Shown here: in pieces, positions 1 to 12,772 of the stretch
Layout of the letters: each line of letters begins with the position of its first letter
Position numbering within the stretch: position 1 is the stretch's first letter
Assembly (NCBI RefSeq): GCF_037042905.1
Contig: NC_087250.1
Location: 18,974,001 to 19,038,000, forward strand
Length of the DNA: 64,000 nt
Source of the DNA: Lytechinus pictus
Taxonomy: Eukaryota
Reading direction: 5' to 3'
Notes under the pieces: generated by a model
What the model was told of the DNA's origin: nothing
Databases searched by the model: none
The model's input: the letters and a program-made list of their open reading frames with translations, nothing else
Made by a program: the position numbers and the translations under genes

Positions 1-297
1 TAAGCAACACCACAAGAAAAAAACAATATCGGTTTGATTCGTATCTGGAGTTGTTTCAAAACCTCCCTGGTGTGGACCGATTAAGATACCAAGCTGGTGT
101 TAAATTAACACCGGCATATTTGCAGTGTAGACAGTCAAGTAAACCAGCGGAAAAAATACACAGGCCAGGGGCTCGGGAGATTTTGCCAAAGAAATGTTCA
201 AAAGAGCCCTTGAAAATAAAACAAGCACCCTGAAAATCCCATTTGTTGCAATGTGAAACCTTAATGTATCCAGTGCTGCAAATTTATACAGACTTGT

Positions 298-893
298 TTA
301 AGGACAAGTCCACCCCAACAAAAAGTTGATTTGAATGAAAAGAGAAAAATCCAATTAGCATAACACTGAAAATTCATCAAAATCGGATGTAAAATAAGAA
401 AGTTATGAAATTTTAAAGTTGTACTTAATTTCACAAAACAGTTTAATATGCACATCATGGTGGGTATGCAAATGAGGAGACTGATGACGTCATCCACTCA
501 CTATTTCTTTTATATTTTATGAAATAGGGAATATTCTATTTTTCTCCTCATTGTCAAGTGAAACAACGATTAATTCCTCCCTGAACATGTGGAATGAGCA
601 TTGTTTTACACTTTATGATTCAGTCAAGTTGGTCCTTATTGTCAAATCTAAAAAAAAGGAAATATTGTATAATTCAAACAATAAAAAACAAAAGAAATAG
701 TGAGTGAGGGACATCATCGACTGTCTCATTTGAGTTGTGCATATCACTGTTTTGTGAAAAATAAGCAAAACTTTAAAATGTCATAACTTTCTTATTTTAC
801 ATCCGATTTTGATGAAATTCTCAGTGTTTTGCTAGTTTGAATTTTATCTTTTTATTGAAATAAACATTTTTCTGGGGTGGACTTGACCTTTAA
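298..893. mobile_element. Kolobok-type MITE family A
   Basis: TTAA flanks and TIR ggacaagtccacccc / ggggtggacttgacc. Other copies at 6250-6843, 35699-35890 (partial), 49834-50446 and 53541-54150. Confidence 0.8.
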
Positions 894-961
894 ACACTGT
901 TGTGAAAGAAGCCCCCACACAAAAAAAAATGATTTTCTGCCTGCAGTCAACACATCCTGTA

Positions 962-1379
962 TTAAAGGGGAAGTTCACCCTGACAAAAGTTTGTTGTGAA
1001 AATAGCAGAAAAACCAAAAATATTGGTGAAGGTTGGAGGAAAATCCATTTAATATTAAGAAAGTTATTAGACTTTGAAGTTCTGGATTTGTGACATCATG
1101 AACGAGCAGCTGCCTCATATGTTTGTGAATGTATAATAAAATGCATAATTTTAAATGGTTTGTGATGACTTGTTTTTATTTTCTATTTAGGAGCCCTTGT
1201 TACCAGTCGATATTGTAGGAAAGCTGCCAGCGTTTGACGTCACAAATAAAATAATCAAAATTCTTATAACTTTTTTTATTCTTTGATGGATTTTCCTCAA
1301 ACATTTGCCAATATTTTTCATTATTTTTTTTCAGCTATTTTTACAATAAACTTTTTGTCAGGGTGAACTTCCCCTTTAA
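962..1379. mobile_element. Kolobok-type MITE family B
   Basis: ttaa-aggggaagttcaccctgacaaaa ... ttttgtcagggtgaacttcccct-ttaa. Confidence 0.85.
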
Positions 1380-1700
1380 ACCTTTGCAAATGAAAGACAA
1401 TTTTGATGGCCACTAAAAACAGGTTTCGCTCAAGACAGGTGAGGTGGCTACAATCATAGATGGGTTCATCTGTAGTTCAAAAAAAGGGATATAAAGTCAG
1501 GGTTTGGCATTTCCATGTACTTTTACACTATACACTTTCCAGTCACAAACTGAGAATAGCAAACAATGGGATCTGAAGGTACATTGTTTGAACAATCACA
1601 GACGGAGAATAGAATACAAAGTGTTATGGAATGCTTGAATAAGCTTAGCATTACCTTTCAGAGAAGGAAAGGGGCGGCTATTAATGGCAATGACAAATAT

Positions 1701-2221
1701 ATGCTTTTCACATTGCATTTCCTTAACCCTATACTATCCTTAACCCCGGACTATCCTTAACCCCGGACTCTCCTTAACCCCATACTATCTTTTTTTTGGA
1801 TTCACACGGTCTTTCTTAACCCAATACTATCTGCTTTAGCCGGGGTTAACGCCTTAACCCCGGACTATCCCACAGCTCATGAATATTGATGATTTTACCA
1901 TACAGAGCGTGATTAACATGCAATTTTGACTTCTGTGATTGGCTATTGCTTAGCCCCACTTTTCCTTAGCCCAGTTTTGTTTCACACTGCATCTCTTAGC
2001 ACCGCAATTGTGGTGCTAGCACCGCAATAAACCGGCTAACCCTGCTTTTTTGCAGGGCCAGATAGTACCGTACTATTTACCGTGCTTGCCCACTTTGCTA
2101 AAACGTAGTGTGAAAACGAAGTGGGCTAAGCTTAACCCCGGGAAATTGGTGGGGCTAAGGCCCCCCTTAGCCCCACCCATTTCCCGGGGTTAAGAAAAAA
2201 AAAGGACAGTGTGAAAAGCAT
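1701..2221. mobile_element. MITE (Harbinger-like) with subterminal ttaaccccgg repeats
   Basis: TIR atgcttttcaca / tgtgaaaagcat. Confidence 0.65.
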
Positions 2222-3218
2222 AATAGAGATCTGTCATTCTGTCTCAGTGTTAGTGTTGGTTCTGGGGCGTTTCAGACTTGTTATAATAACAAATGCACAA
2301 TTTCCATGACAAATTTACTATCAGCCATTCAGATTGAAGGATTTCAATAGCTTATAACTGTTATTGTAAATTTGTTATTATTGTAACAAGTTTTATGAAA
2401 CGGACCCCTGCTGATTTGGCATGAATAATGCAATAATTATTATGTACAGCAGCATGAATAATTAAATTACTCTCTCGAGTCTGTGACACATTTATTTCAT
2501 TCACTGAATCCTATCTTCATAAAAGGAATTTCACACTTTGAAAACAAGTTCTTCATGAAAAGAACTAATGTTTTGATGTTGCCTAATTATAGGCCCAAAA
2601 TTGTACATTGTAGGTCCTACATGTACATGCATCATTACTTTTCTGAACTTCACTAGACAAAACATGAAGGTAAATGTAGAACTCAGAGTCCCAGACATCT
2701 ACATACATGTAAGCATCAACCAGCATGTTCCAGTCGGTCATACTACTATAGTACCCCCAGTTGGTAGTAGTACACTACTATTGAAAAGTCCCACTTGAAG
2801 AAGTGATTATTTTGGAACCTGAGAGGGATTACCTTCATGAAGACAATAGCAATACAATAGCAATACAATCCTACTCGGGAACACACAGCACATTGTATGT
2901 GTAGCGCTGTATGTGATTAGCTTAGTTTCCATAAAGCTTTTACGATAGAGTATAAAGACCTAATCTATAATTTATGTTTTGTACCTTTAAAGAGAAAATA
3001 ATGAAAGCCTACTCTGTAATGGCCTACCAGTAGTGGGTTGGTCTATGCATGGACCTATTAGGTCCATGGTCTATGGAGGTGCAAATGTTTGTTTTGTTTT
3101 GCTTTTGTTTCTGTTTCTTTTATTTAATCTGAGATTTGGTCGAGATTTATTCATTTATTTATTTATACACTTCTATATTTCACAATCCTGGAAAAGTCCC
3201 AGTAATCAATTATCAGTA

Positions 3219-4185
3219 AAACAAGTGGAATGCCTCTGGCCGTCTCACCTGCATCACGCGATTCAATATAGCAGCAGTGCTGATTTTGAAAACTACTATA
3301 ACTCGCACAAGATGTTCAGTGATACTTGGTTACTCTAATTTCCACGTTTTATGAACTAGACCAATACACTTATAGAGATATGATGGCAATTCAACAAATA
3401 CCCCCAACGTGGCCAAAGTTCTTTGACCTTACATGACCTTTGACCTTGATCATGTGACCTGAAACTCGCACAGGATGTTCAGTGATACTTGATTACTATT
3501 ATGTCCAAGTTTTATGAACTAGACCAACACACTTTCAAATTTATGGCTGTAATTCAACAAATACCCCAATTTGGCCAAAGTTCATTGACCCTAAATGACC
3601 TTTGACCTTGATCATGTGACCTGAAATTTGCACAGGATGTTCAGTAATACTTGATTACTATTATGTCCAAGTTTCATGAATCAGATCCATAAACTTTCAA
3701 AGTTATGATGGTAATTCAACAGATACCCCCAATTCGGCCAAAGTTCATTGACCCTAAATGACCTTTGACCTTGGTCATGTGATGTGAAACTCATGCAGGA
3801 TGTTCAGTGATACTTGATTAACCTTATGTATAAGTTTCATGAACTAGGTCCATATATTTTCTAAGTTATGATGACATTTCAAAAACTTAACCTTAGGTTA
3901 AGATTTTGATGTTGATTCCCCCAACATGGTCTAAGTTCATTGACCCTAAATGACCTTTGACCTTGGTCATGTGACATGAAACTCAGGCAGGATGTTCAGT
4001 AATACTTGATTAACCTTATGTCCAAGTTTCATGAACTAGGTCCATATACTTTCTAAGTTATGCTGTCATTTCAAAAACTTAACCTCAGGTTAAGATTTGG
4101 TGTTGACGCCGCCGCCGCCGTCGCCGTCGCCGTCGGAAAAGCGGCGCCTATAGTCTCACTCTGCTATGCAGGTGAGACAAAAAAA
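3219..4185. mobile_element. Non-autonomous Helentron/HINE-like element with an internal ~140-bp tandem array
   Basis: Subterminal inverted repeat gtctcacctgcat / atgcaggtgagac, a terminal hairpin, a (GCC)n tract, repeated tgacctttgacctt units and A-rich flanks. Confidence 0.6.
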
Positions 4186-4340
4186 CGGAACCTTTAAAAA
4201 CATACATGTACATGTACATATTAAGGCGCCTTATTCTCAGCAAATGGGCTGTGATCTAGAACTACATACATCACCCCCTACCCCCCCCCCATACAAATTG
4301 CTGAAGAATCAATATAAAACAGACTCAGAATTACATGTAT

Positions 4341-4518
4341 CAGGGGTGTGAGTGGTCACAAATAAAAAGATCTGAAAAAAGCTGAAGAGTGTTGAAAAAG
4401 TCTGAAATAGAAAGAGCGGACCATACTTTTTGTACAGAGGAAGGCCAAAAATAAGCTGAAATTAAGCTGAAAAAAAAAAATCTGAAATCAGATAAAAATC
4501 TGAACTCTGACACCCCTG
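4341..4518. mobile_element. Small MITE (second copy 7200-7381)
   Basis: TIR caggggtgt / acacccctg; both flanks atgtat. Confidence 0.65.
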
Positions 4519-4686
4519 ATGTATGGTCATTTCAGTATAAAAGGCCTGGTTACATGTAAATTAAAGACATACACTGTACATACAATGTAATATCAGTACA
4601 AGTCGGCCTGCATACATGTACATTACACTATTCTAAAAACTACAGTTTCCTCATACATGTACGTTAGGATCATGGAGAATTGGGCT

Positions 4687-5103
4687 TTAAAGGTAAATTC
4701 CAGTTCTGTAACGATCTCAAAATGACTTATTACATTTACAGAATCTAATATAATGACCACTCAAGTGTCTGTTTGTATTCATGAATAAAAAATATGTGCC
4801 AAAGGATTCTGGAGGAAATTGTGTAATTGCTGAGAAATAAGCAAAATAAGCGCGGATTCGGTCATCTGTCGGGTCTTTATACCAGCAATAATAATACACT
4901 GTCCAACGTGTGCCTACATGTATCTTTGTTGGCGATCTTCAGTGTGATCGTATTTCAGCTTAGATTTTATGATTTCACAAAGTTCAGTTTATGTAACTGT
5001 ACCAGATCTAGATCCACGATGATTATAGTCATACTTAACCTTGGTTTTACAGACTTTCTCACAAAATTACTGTTTTACTGCAACTACTTTCATTTAGCTT
5101 TAA
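4687..5103. mobile_element. Kolobok-type MITE family C
   Basis: TTAA flanks with aggtaaat... ends; related copy at 5715-6120. Confidence 0.7.
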
Positions 5104-5714
5104 ATGGAGATTATATTCTGAATGACATATCCATTCCAGGACCAAAGCCAGACTTTAGACTTTCACATAAACAGTAGTGTGATCCCTGATTTGAAAGATC
5201 CATGGAGTCCGTATAGATCTATAGAACTAGTGGGAAGCACCAATACAATAAATAGGGAACTCCCCCTATAATAAAGGCTATATATGCTTAATTGAGTTTG
5301 AATTATACTTGTACAGCAATACCACGTACATGTACATACACGTAAAATACATGTAGGTACTGTACTACAATCATGTGTCTATGTACAGTAATAGGAAGCC
5401 CTTATGTTGAAATGATACATGTCCATTACATTTCATTTCTGGCCAGGCTTCAATATCCATTATTGTATGAATTTCAAAACTAAGTACCACTTACCAGTTT
5501 TCTAAACAAATCAAGCTCTCTTCAGGACTATCATGGTCTCTAATTCGGTTTCGGTTTGGTGATCATTTCAAGTATTCTGATTAAAGAGAAATGTAGCTGT
5601 AGGCCTACAATGTATGTCTGTAAATGATTAGCATGTGCTTCAACTATAATTGTAAGGGAAATCATGTTAGTTAATAATAAAGGCAGACTCTAAGCATTAT
5701 ACATGTACACATGT

Positions 5715-6120
5715 TTAAAGGTAAATGCTACTTTTGGTAACGATATCAAAATGAGTTCATACAGAATCCAATGAAATGACCACCAAAGTGTCTGTTTGTA
5801 TTTAAATAAAACGCATGTGCCAAAAGATTCTGGAAGAAATTGTGTAATTGCTGAGAAATCAGCAAATAAGCACAGGATTCGGGTAGAGCGTCGGGCCCGA
5901 CGCTCAAAGCAATAATTATACACTGTCCCACGTGCGCTTATCTGTGTTGGGGGAAGTTCAGTCTGAACATTTTTCAGCGTAGATTTCAAGATTTCACAAA
6001 GTTCAGTTTATGTAACTGTACCAGATCTAGATCCTCGATGATATACTGACAATTAAGCCTGGTTTTACAGACTTTCTAATGAAATCAGTGTTTACTGCAA
6101 CTACTGGAATTTCTCTTTAA
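5715..6120. mobile_element. Kolobok-type MITE family C
   Basis: Homologous to 4687-5103, with TTAA flanks. Confidence 0.7.
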
Positions 6121-6249
6121 ACATGTGTACATGTATTGCTCAGAATCTGCCTTTATTATTAACTAACATGATTTCCCTTTCAACTATAGTTGAAGCACAT
6201 GCTAATCATTTACAGACATGTACTGTAGGCCTACATCTACATTACATAC

Positions 6250-6843
6250 TTAAAGGACAAGTCCACCCCAACATAAAGTTACTTAATTTCACAAAACAGT
6301 TACATGTATACAAGCATAAAACTGAAAATTTCATCAAAATCGGTTTTAAAATAAGAAAGTTATGACATTTTAAAGTTTTGCTTAATTTTACAAAACAATC
6401 TTGGTCGGTACATGTACATGTACAATGTATGCAAATGAGGGACTGATGATGTCATCCACTCACTGTTTCTTTTTTATCTTATGAAATATTCTAATTTTCT
6501 CCTCATTGTCAAGTGAAACAATGATATATTCCTCCCTGAACCTGTGGAACTAGCATTGTTTAATAATATATGGTTTGGTCAAGTTGGTCCTTATTATGAA
6601 ATGCAAAAAATGAAATATTGAATGATTCAAACAATAAAAAAATAAAAAAATAGTGAGCGAAGGACATCATCGACTGTCTCATTTGCATGCGACTGAATTA
6701 CATGTAATGCATATCAGTTTTGTGAAAAATTAGTGAAACTTTAAAATGTCATATCTTTCTTATTTTACATCTGATTTTGATGAAATTTTCAGCATTATGC
6801 TTGTTTGACTTCAAATTAACATTTTTCTGGGGTGGACCTTTAA
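6250..6843. mobile_element. Kolobok-type MITE family A
   Basis: Same termini and body as 298-893, more degraded. Confidence 0.75.
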
Positions 6844-8470
6844 GATTAAAAAGTAATATGTACATGTACAGTGTATGATATGATAAAAAATAATATTATA
6901 CATGTATCTACAGAGTATGATATTGGGTCATTTTGGTTGATCTTTCAAATTCAGTGCAGGTTTTAGCTTGCCAACAACAAAGCTCCTACATGAACATGTA
7001 CATGTACGTACATACATAGGCTTGTTAATGTTTGTATAATCATGGAGCTATGCGACTGTTAATACATGTACATGTACATGTAGCTCCATGGTATAATAGA
7101 AGATTGCATTCCCTACTGTACATTGTAATAATAGATAATAATGCTAACATTTATAGGGTGCCCTTTATGGGTGTTTCAAAGCGCAAAGGTGGGCCGACTC
7201 AGGGGTGTGAGTGGTCACAAATAAAAAGATCTGAAAAAAAGCTGGAGAGTGTTAAAAAAAATGTCTGAAATAGAAAGAGCTCCTATACTTTTGTAGAGAG
7301 GAAAGCCAAAAATAAGCTGAAAATCAAAACCAACAAAATCTGAAATCAGCTAAACATCTGATTCTGAACTCTCACATCCAGATGACTATAAAAGTAAACA
7401 ATGAATCCATAAAAAAAAGTAGATCCATATTTATCAATATATCATTATCATAAGATCTGAGTTTACAACAAAAATTCAATCACATTTTGAGGCAGTGATT
7501 ATCCGTTATCCGTTTCAGCGCGACACTGACACCAGTCCAACGGTTCCATAACGTACCGGTAAAAACTTGCTGTTGGGCCTGTAACTTTTCAGAAAAAGCC
7601 ATATTTACTGGTCCAGCATGACCATTAAAAAATATATCAAACTATTACTAAATGATATTTTCTTCTCTTTCGAAAATTATAATAATGGCTCTAGCATCTC
7701 AAAACTAGCACATCAATGATGTGGAGCTCATCCGGCATCTCGCATCAAAATTTAACACAATTTTAATTTCAGCCCAGTTGACAATGTAGTGAATTATATT
7801 GGTCACATAAAATGAGGAAACAGAATTGAAATTGATGAAGAAATTACATACATGTAGAAGAAGCATTTTTTGGGTGATCTATGAATAAATCTTGTATAAA
7901 TAATTTTTGCATATCGGAGGTACATGTATGCGTCATGTAGCTTGGCAAAGAACAAAAAGAAACAAGATGGTGACGTAAACATCGCGGCAGGTTTTCCCTG
8001 TCTTTTCATAATATTTTTCTTGTTTTTTAAATGAATTCTTGTTTAAAAATGAAATCAATGTCGTATAAATGTCGGAAATGAAGTTGTATCCCATTTTATA
8101 ACTTAGGGCTAGATCTTTTAGAAGGAAAGTAGAAATCTTGGGGGCGAAAATTTAATTTTTTTCACGGTACACGCACATGAATGGGACGCAATACCTGGCT
8201 CCGTGGAGAGTAAGCACACGTTAGTATGATTTTTACTCTCTAGGAGCCTCCTGGATACACCCTCTTGCAAAGATAACTCATTAAATAAAGTTGTTGACTA
8301 GCTATTAATTAACATGAATTTAGTCACGTTAGTCTATAAAGGACTCCCTGAATATCTGCAATACAATACCCCTTGCTTCACCAACAACCCCCCCCCCTTC
8401 CAATCTCTCTTGCCCTTCTCTAATCTAAAGAACATGTATCTCCCCTTCGCCTCGCCCTCCCTTCATAAGT

Positions 8471-9051
8471 TTAAAGGGGAATGAAACCTTTGGAACAAGT
8501 AGGCTTGTGTCGAAACAGAAAAATCAAAGAATAAGAACTAAGAAAGTTTGAGAAAAATCGGACAAATAATGAGAAAGTTATGAGCATTTGAATATTACAA
8601 TCACTAATGCTATGGAGATCCTCCTATTGGCAATGCATCAAGGATGTGTGATGTCACATGTGAACAACTTTCCCTATGAGTATGATGGACTATAAAATAC
8701 CCCCAAAATGTATCTTTTTGCTTTTTCTAATGGTGATACAAACTCTTTATCCATGATGTATTCTTTAAAAATCTGTATTACATGCCCTCCTGTAGAAAGA
8801 ACACATGATCCACTGATAGATGTGATAAAAGAGGCAGTTTAAGTGAAATATATACTAAAGTAATGGGGAGAGTTGTTCATGAGTGACATCACACATCTTT
8901 GTCGCATTGCCAATGCGAGGATCTCCATAGCATTAGTGATCGCTATATTCAAATGCTCATAACTTTCTCATTATTTGTCCGATTTTTCTCGAACTTTCGT
9001 TGATTTGTTACTTTGATTTTTCTGTTTTCACACAAGCTATCCTGTTCCAAA
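8471..9051. mobile_element. Kolobok-type palindromic MITE, right end truncated
   Basis: ttaa-aggggaatg start; long inverted arms (8490-8670 versus 8870-9051). Confidence 0.7.
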
Positions 9052-9231
9052 TAAAGAAAATATGATAAAATTCTGATCAGAGTCTGACTTGACTCTCGAC
9101 TCTGTCTCTGCTGGCCTTGGCTTGCCCTTGGTATTTGCTTCATTACTTTCATAACTTCCACTTCAAACTTTGGCAAACAGTGCAGTCACTTGTCCCACAA
9201 TTCATTTTCACAATAATCACAATTTACTTAC

Positions 9232-9349
9232 CCTCATCAACTGCACGTATATACTGCCCATGTTGTCCCTTTTCCCCATGCAGATTGAAGCCGTACCCGT
9301 CGGTCCCGCGTTCCAACGCACATAACCTCGGCTTCCCGGGCGGATCCAT
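9232..9349 (-). CDS. NHERF1: First coding exon of an NHERF-family (NHERF1/NHERF2/PDZK1-like) PDZ scaffold gene; remaining exons probably lie left of the window
   Basis: The minus strand reads accATGG, then [39 protein letters not shown](G), ending at a GTAAGT donor (phase 1). This matches the NHERF PDZ1 start PRLC..E....GYGF.LHGEKG..GQYIR.V. The paralogue assignment is uncertain. Confidence 0.85.
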
Positions 9350-9900
9350 GGTTTCAGCTTGTTTCAGTTTCGCGTTCGAGATCCCCTTCTTCGATCAACT
9401 TTCCGACGAAATTCTCAAAATGACACCTCCTATATTCCACCTAGAGAGAATCCTGTGATATTTTTCCACACGAAGTACACTTTGTTTCCTCTTTCGCCAA
9501 AAAGCAATAGCGAAAAATGAGGTGGAAATGTCGCAGACCCGCTTAGTGATCCTTCGCAACTTCTCCGTTTAGATCAGGTGCCTCAGTCCCGTACACAGAA
9601 ATTGCATGTACGTTTACCGCACGCTTGCCAATCAATTACCTTTGTTGTACGTAATATAAATGGGTTCCTTGTGTGTTGTTGGATGCAATGGGCAATGTAC
9701 AGTATATACTGATCACATGACCTCGAAAAGCCAAACAAACTATTATGGGCGTACACGTTTTAGCATACCAACACATCGCAGAACGCGTGGACGGAGGGCT
9801 TTCAATGAGTGATAATTTTGTCAGTCCAGGAACGCCCTTTTTTCCAAGTTGAGGGCCTGGGTTAGGGCAAAAATAGAATATTCTGCAATAAAAGCCAGCC
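9350..9900 (-). promoter_or_regulatory. Probable 5' UTR/promoter of the NHERF-like gene
   Basis: Non-repetitive, CpG-richer segment directly upstream of the ATG, contrasting with the CpG-poor intron to its left. Confidence 0.4.
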
Positions 9901-12589
9901 CCCGTAAACCAAAGAAGACAGAGTCATCATAAACACTCCGAGTATTAGAATTCATTCATTCATTAATCTATTTATTTATGTACAGACAGTGGTGTAATAA
10001 TGATCGAGCCAAAAAAAAATTGAGAAAAATTGAAGGGGCCATATGGCGCAAGGGCGGAAATCTCTCTCCAAAGGTACATGTAGGGGGACCAGGGGCTGGA
10101 AAATTTGACAAGCAATTAAAAATATATAAAAAGGTTACCACCAACAAAAAGTAAGTTCATCTCGTCCAAAATACATGTTTTATTTCGATTTTGAATGCAT
10201 GTAATAAAACACCAAAAATAGTAGGGGGACATTTGATATTGTGTCCCCCTACTATTGGGTAGGGGGGACACATCCCCCTTGGATATCCACCCATGGCGTG
10301 GCGTAAATTTTTTTTTTAAGTTGAGAGAAAGCGAAGTGAGGGAACAAAAATTGACATTTTATTACAAAAATCCCATTTTTTCAATAGATTTTGACGTCAT
10401 TTTCAGAAAATAATATCATATTTCACCCTTCTCCTTTTTTCCTGGTCGTGAAAAAATTGGAGGGGCAAGAGCCCCCAAGCCCCCTCCCCCCTGTCTGTAC
10501 ATCACTGTTTACAGAAATGAAGAAGAAATTTTCGACATTGGTTTATTCTAATACAATGAAAATGGCCTGTTGTTGGTAGCCTTATACTGACCAAGCAGCT
10601 GACCCCCCACCCCCTGTACAAAGATATTTCTAATATCATGCGAGAGAGCATAGCGACCGAGCAAGAAAAAAATCATATTTTAAAATGCTTGAGAATGTTT
10701 AACCTAAACATGCTTCGGGGTCTGATGGGAGTATGTAGATGAGGGCTTTGATGAGGTTACTTGAGGTAGGACTGCATAAAATGGTTATCAGGAAATGGGT
10801 TTGTATTATTACTCTCTCCAGGCGTTTTTCTCAAAATTTAGAGACTTTGAACGTATGTTTGAAAAAAAAAAAACATCTGAAAGCGCTTGTATACCCTGCA
10901 GGCATACCTTCCTCCAACTAAAAAAAAATGAAAAAAAAGCACACAATCAAATTCTATGATCGAAAAAATGGGGGAGGGGTGGGTCTAGACGTCGCCCCCG
11001 CACTGGGCCTCCGCAATCTTGTCGCCGACCCCTGTCTCTCGGGCGCGCCGTAGCCAGCGAAGCGGAAATGCCTGCCTCCCAGTGTTCGGTCCGTCTTAAG
11101 TTGCCTAGCTGCATCGAAAAATATCATCTGTGATGCGTTGCTATGGAGATCACAATGTGGATAGTTTTGGTTTGAACCAACGAGACAGCTGCCTATATCA
11201 CGTGATATGATTATAGTAAGCGGATAAATATGAAAGTAACTGTGAATATGAATCAAACATTAAATAAAATACAAGTAATATTCCAATAGGCACTTCATAT
11301 TTATCATATTATTCTATTCTACGTGCAACTCTTCTTAGACACTTTAAGACACATGGGAATGAATCAAATCCATAGCGACTTGAGCAATATATCAAAAATA
11401 TATCAAATTGAATTGTTACAGATTCATTATTTTTTTAATCTTAAATGTTTTAGATTCAAATCTTATAGGGGCATAAAACCATGCAGGGACGGGCTTCGTC
11501 CAGCATCAGCTCTCCAATTCACACACTCACACACTTTTTGGGAATAAATGTGAAGTAAAAGTCTAATTAAAGACTACCATTTGATTGTGATAGTTGTTTT
11601 CAAGGTCACCCCGCCCCCTCCCAAAACTTGCGATGGCCCCTGACTGGCCTTATTATCAGGCAAATAATATAATTCGTAGTTCTTATACATTAATTTCAAT
11701 GGATATGTTTGATATCTATTTATTATTATTATCAATTTATGATTATTTTAAACAGCTGTCGGGGTTTGCCTTGCAGTTTTAGCTTTTCATTCTCAATAAT
11801 GGTTGTTTTCAGGGTTTATTAGTTCTAATACATGCACTTGTACACATGTTTCATCTTGGTTTGAGAATTTTTTAAATCGGCTGCTCACAAAGTTAAACAA
11901 TACCTTTAAAGGGTACGGAGGCCTATATTATACTCATGCAGAGACATAAAAAATCACGATTAATTCATCAGAATTTTGCAAAAAAGATCAAACTAAGACT
12001 GATACTTCATGTACACATACCAAACTTTTCTTCATCAACTTATCAAGTACCAAGTTATGCATTGGCGTAGTAAATCCCGGGGGGCGGGGGGATATATCCC
12101 TCCCCCACTTTTTGAAGAAGGGGGGGGGGTGGCGTGTACAAATATCCCCCACACACTTTTTAAGAAAGAAAATATATTTTAATTAATCCGTTGGTAAAAT
12201 CTTTGAATATCTGTATTAAACAACCATCATATTTTAGAATTTCTATTTGAAAATGCGATATTGAAAACCAAAAAAGTTGTTATTTTTGGCTTGCTCGCTT
12301 TGCTCGCTCATATTTTATAATTTCTGTTCGAAAATGCGATTAAAAACTAAAAAAATTGTTACTTTTGGCTCACTTGCTCGCAAAATAAATATTAAAATGT
12401 GTGTAAGTGGGTCTGTGGGGGTCAGTGAGAGTGTGTGCTTATACCTATGTGTGAGATCGACAGAAAATAAAATCGTCAAAAAAGTCAATCATCCCCCCCC
12501 CCCCCTCCTCAGAGTGGATTTACGCCACTGATCTCTCACTTTTACGCCGGTGTCCTTATGAGTCATCGGCTGCTGAAATGTGTGAGGGT

Positions 12590-12772
12590 GTGTGTGTGTG
12601 TGTATTTGAGTTTTGTCAGACGTGTATCAATCAGATATGATTATTTACGTCTGGGACCGACCTTTAACGTCACCATCCGAAAGACGTGACCAGGGATCGA
12701 ACCTCGAATCTCTGCATCAATTTGTAACTTCCCCACATAGCTTGGATTACAGGCGCACGCGGGTACGCCACA
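12590..12772 (-). mobile_element. SINE with 7SL-like head, B-box, Deu/Nin-like motif and (CA)n tail; the 5' tip is displaced to ~14709-14722 by an insertion
   Basis: The minus strand reads gcgtgcgcctgtaatccaagcta...ggttcgatccc...cgtctttcggatggtgacgttaaaggtcggtccc...cacaca. A second copy lies at 18578-18754. Confidence 0.75.

Noticed and set aside
5488..5600. Minus-strand GTAAGT donor as a possible NHERF exon
   Set aside because: No frame gives a PDZ continuation (the expected GSPA...) and there is no convincing acceptor.
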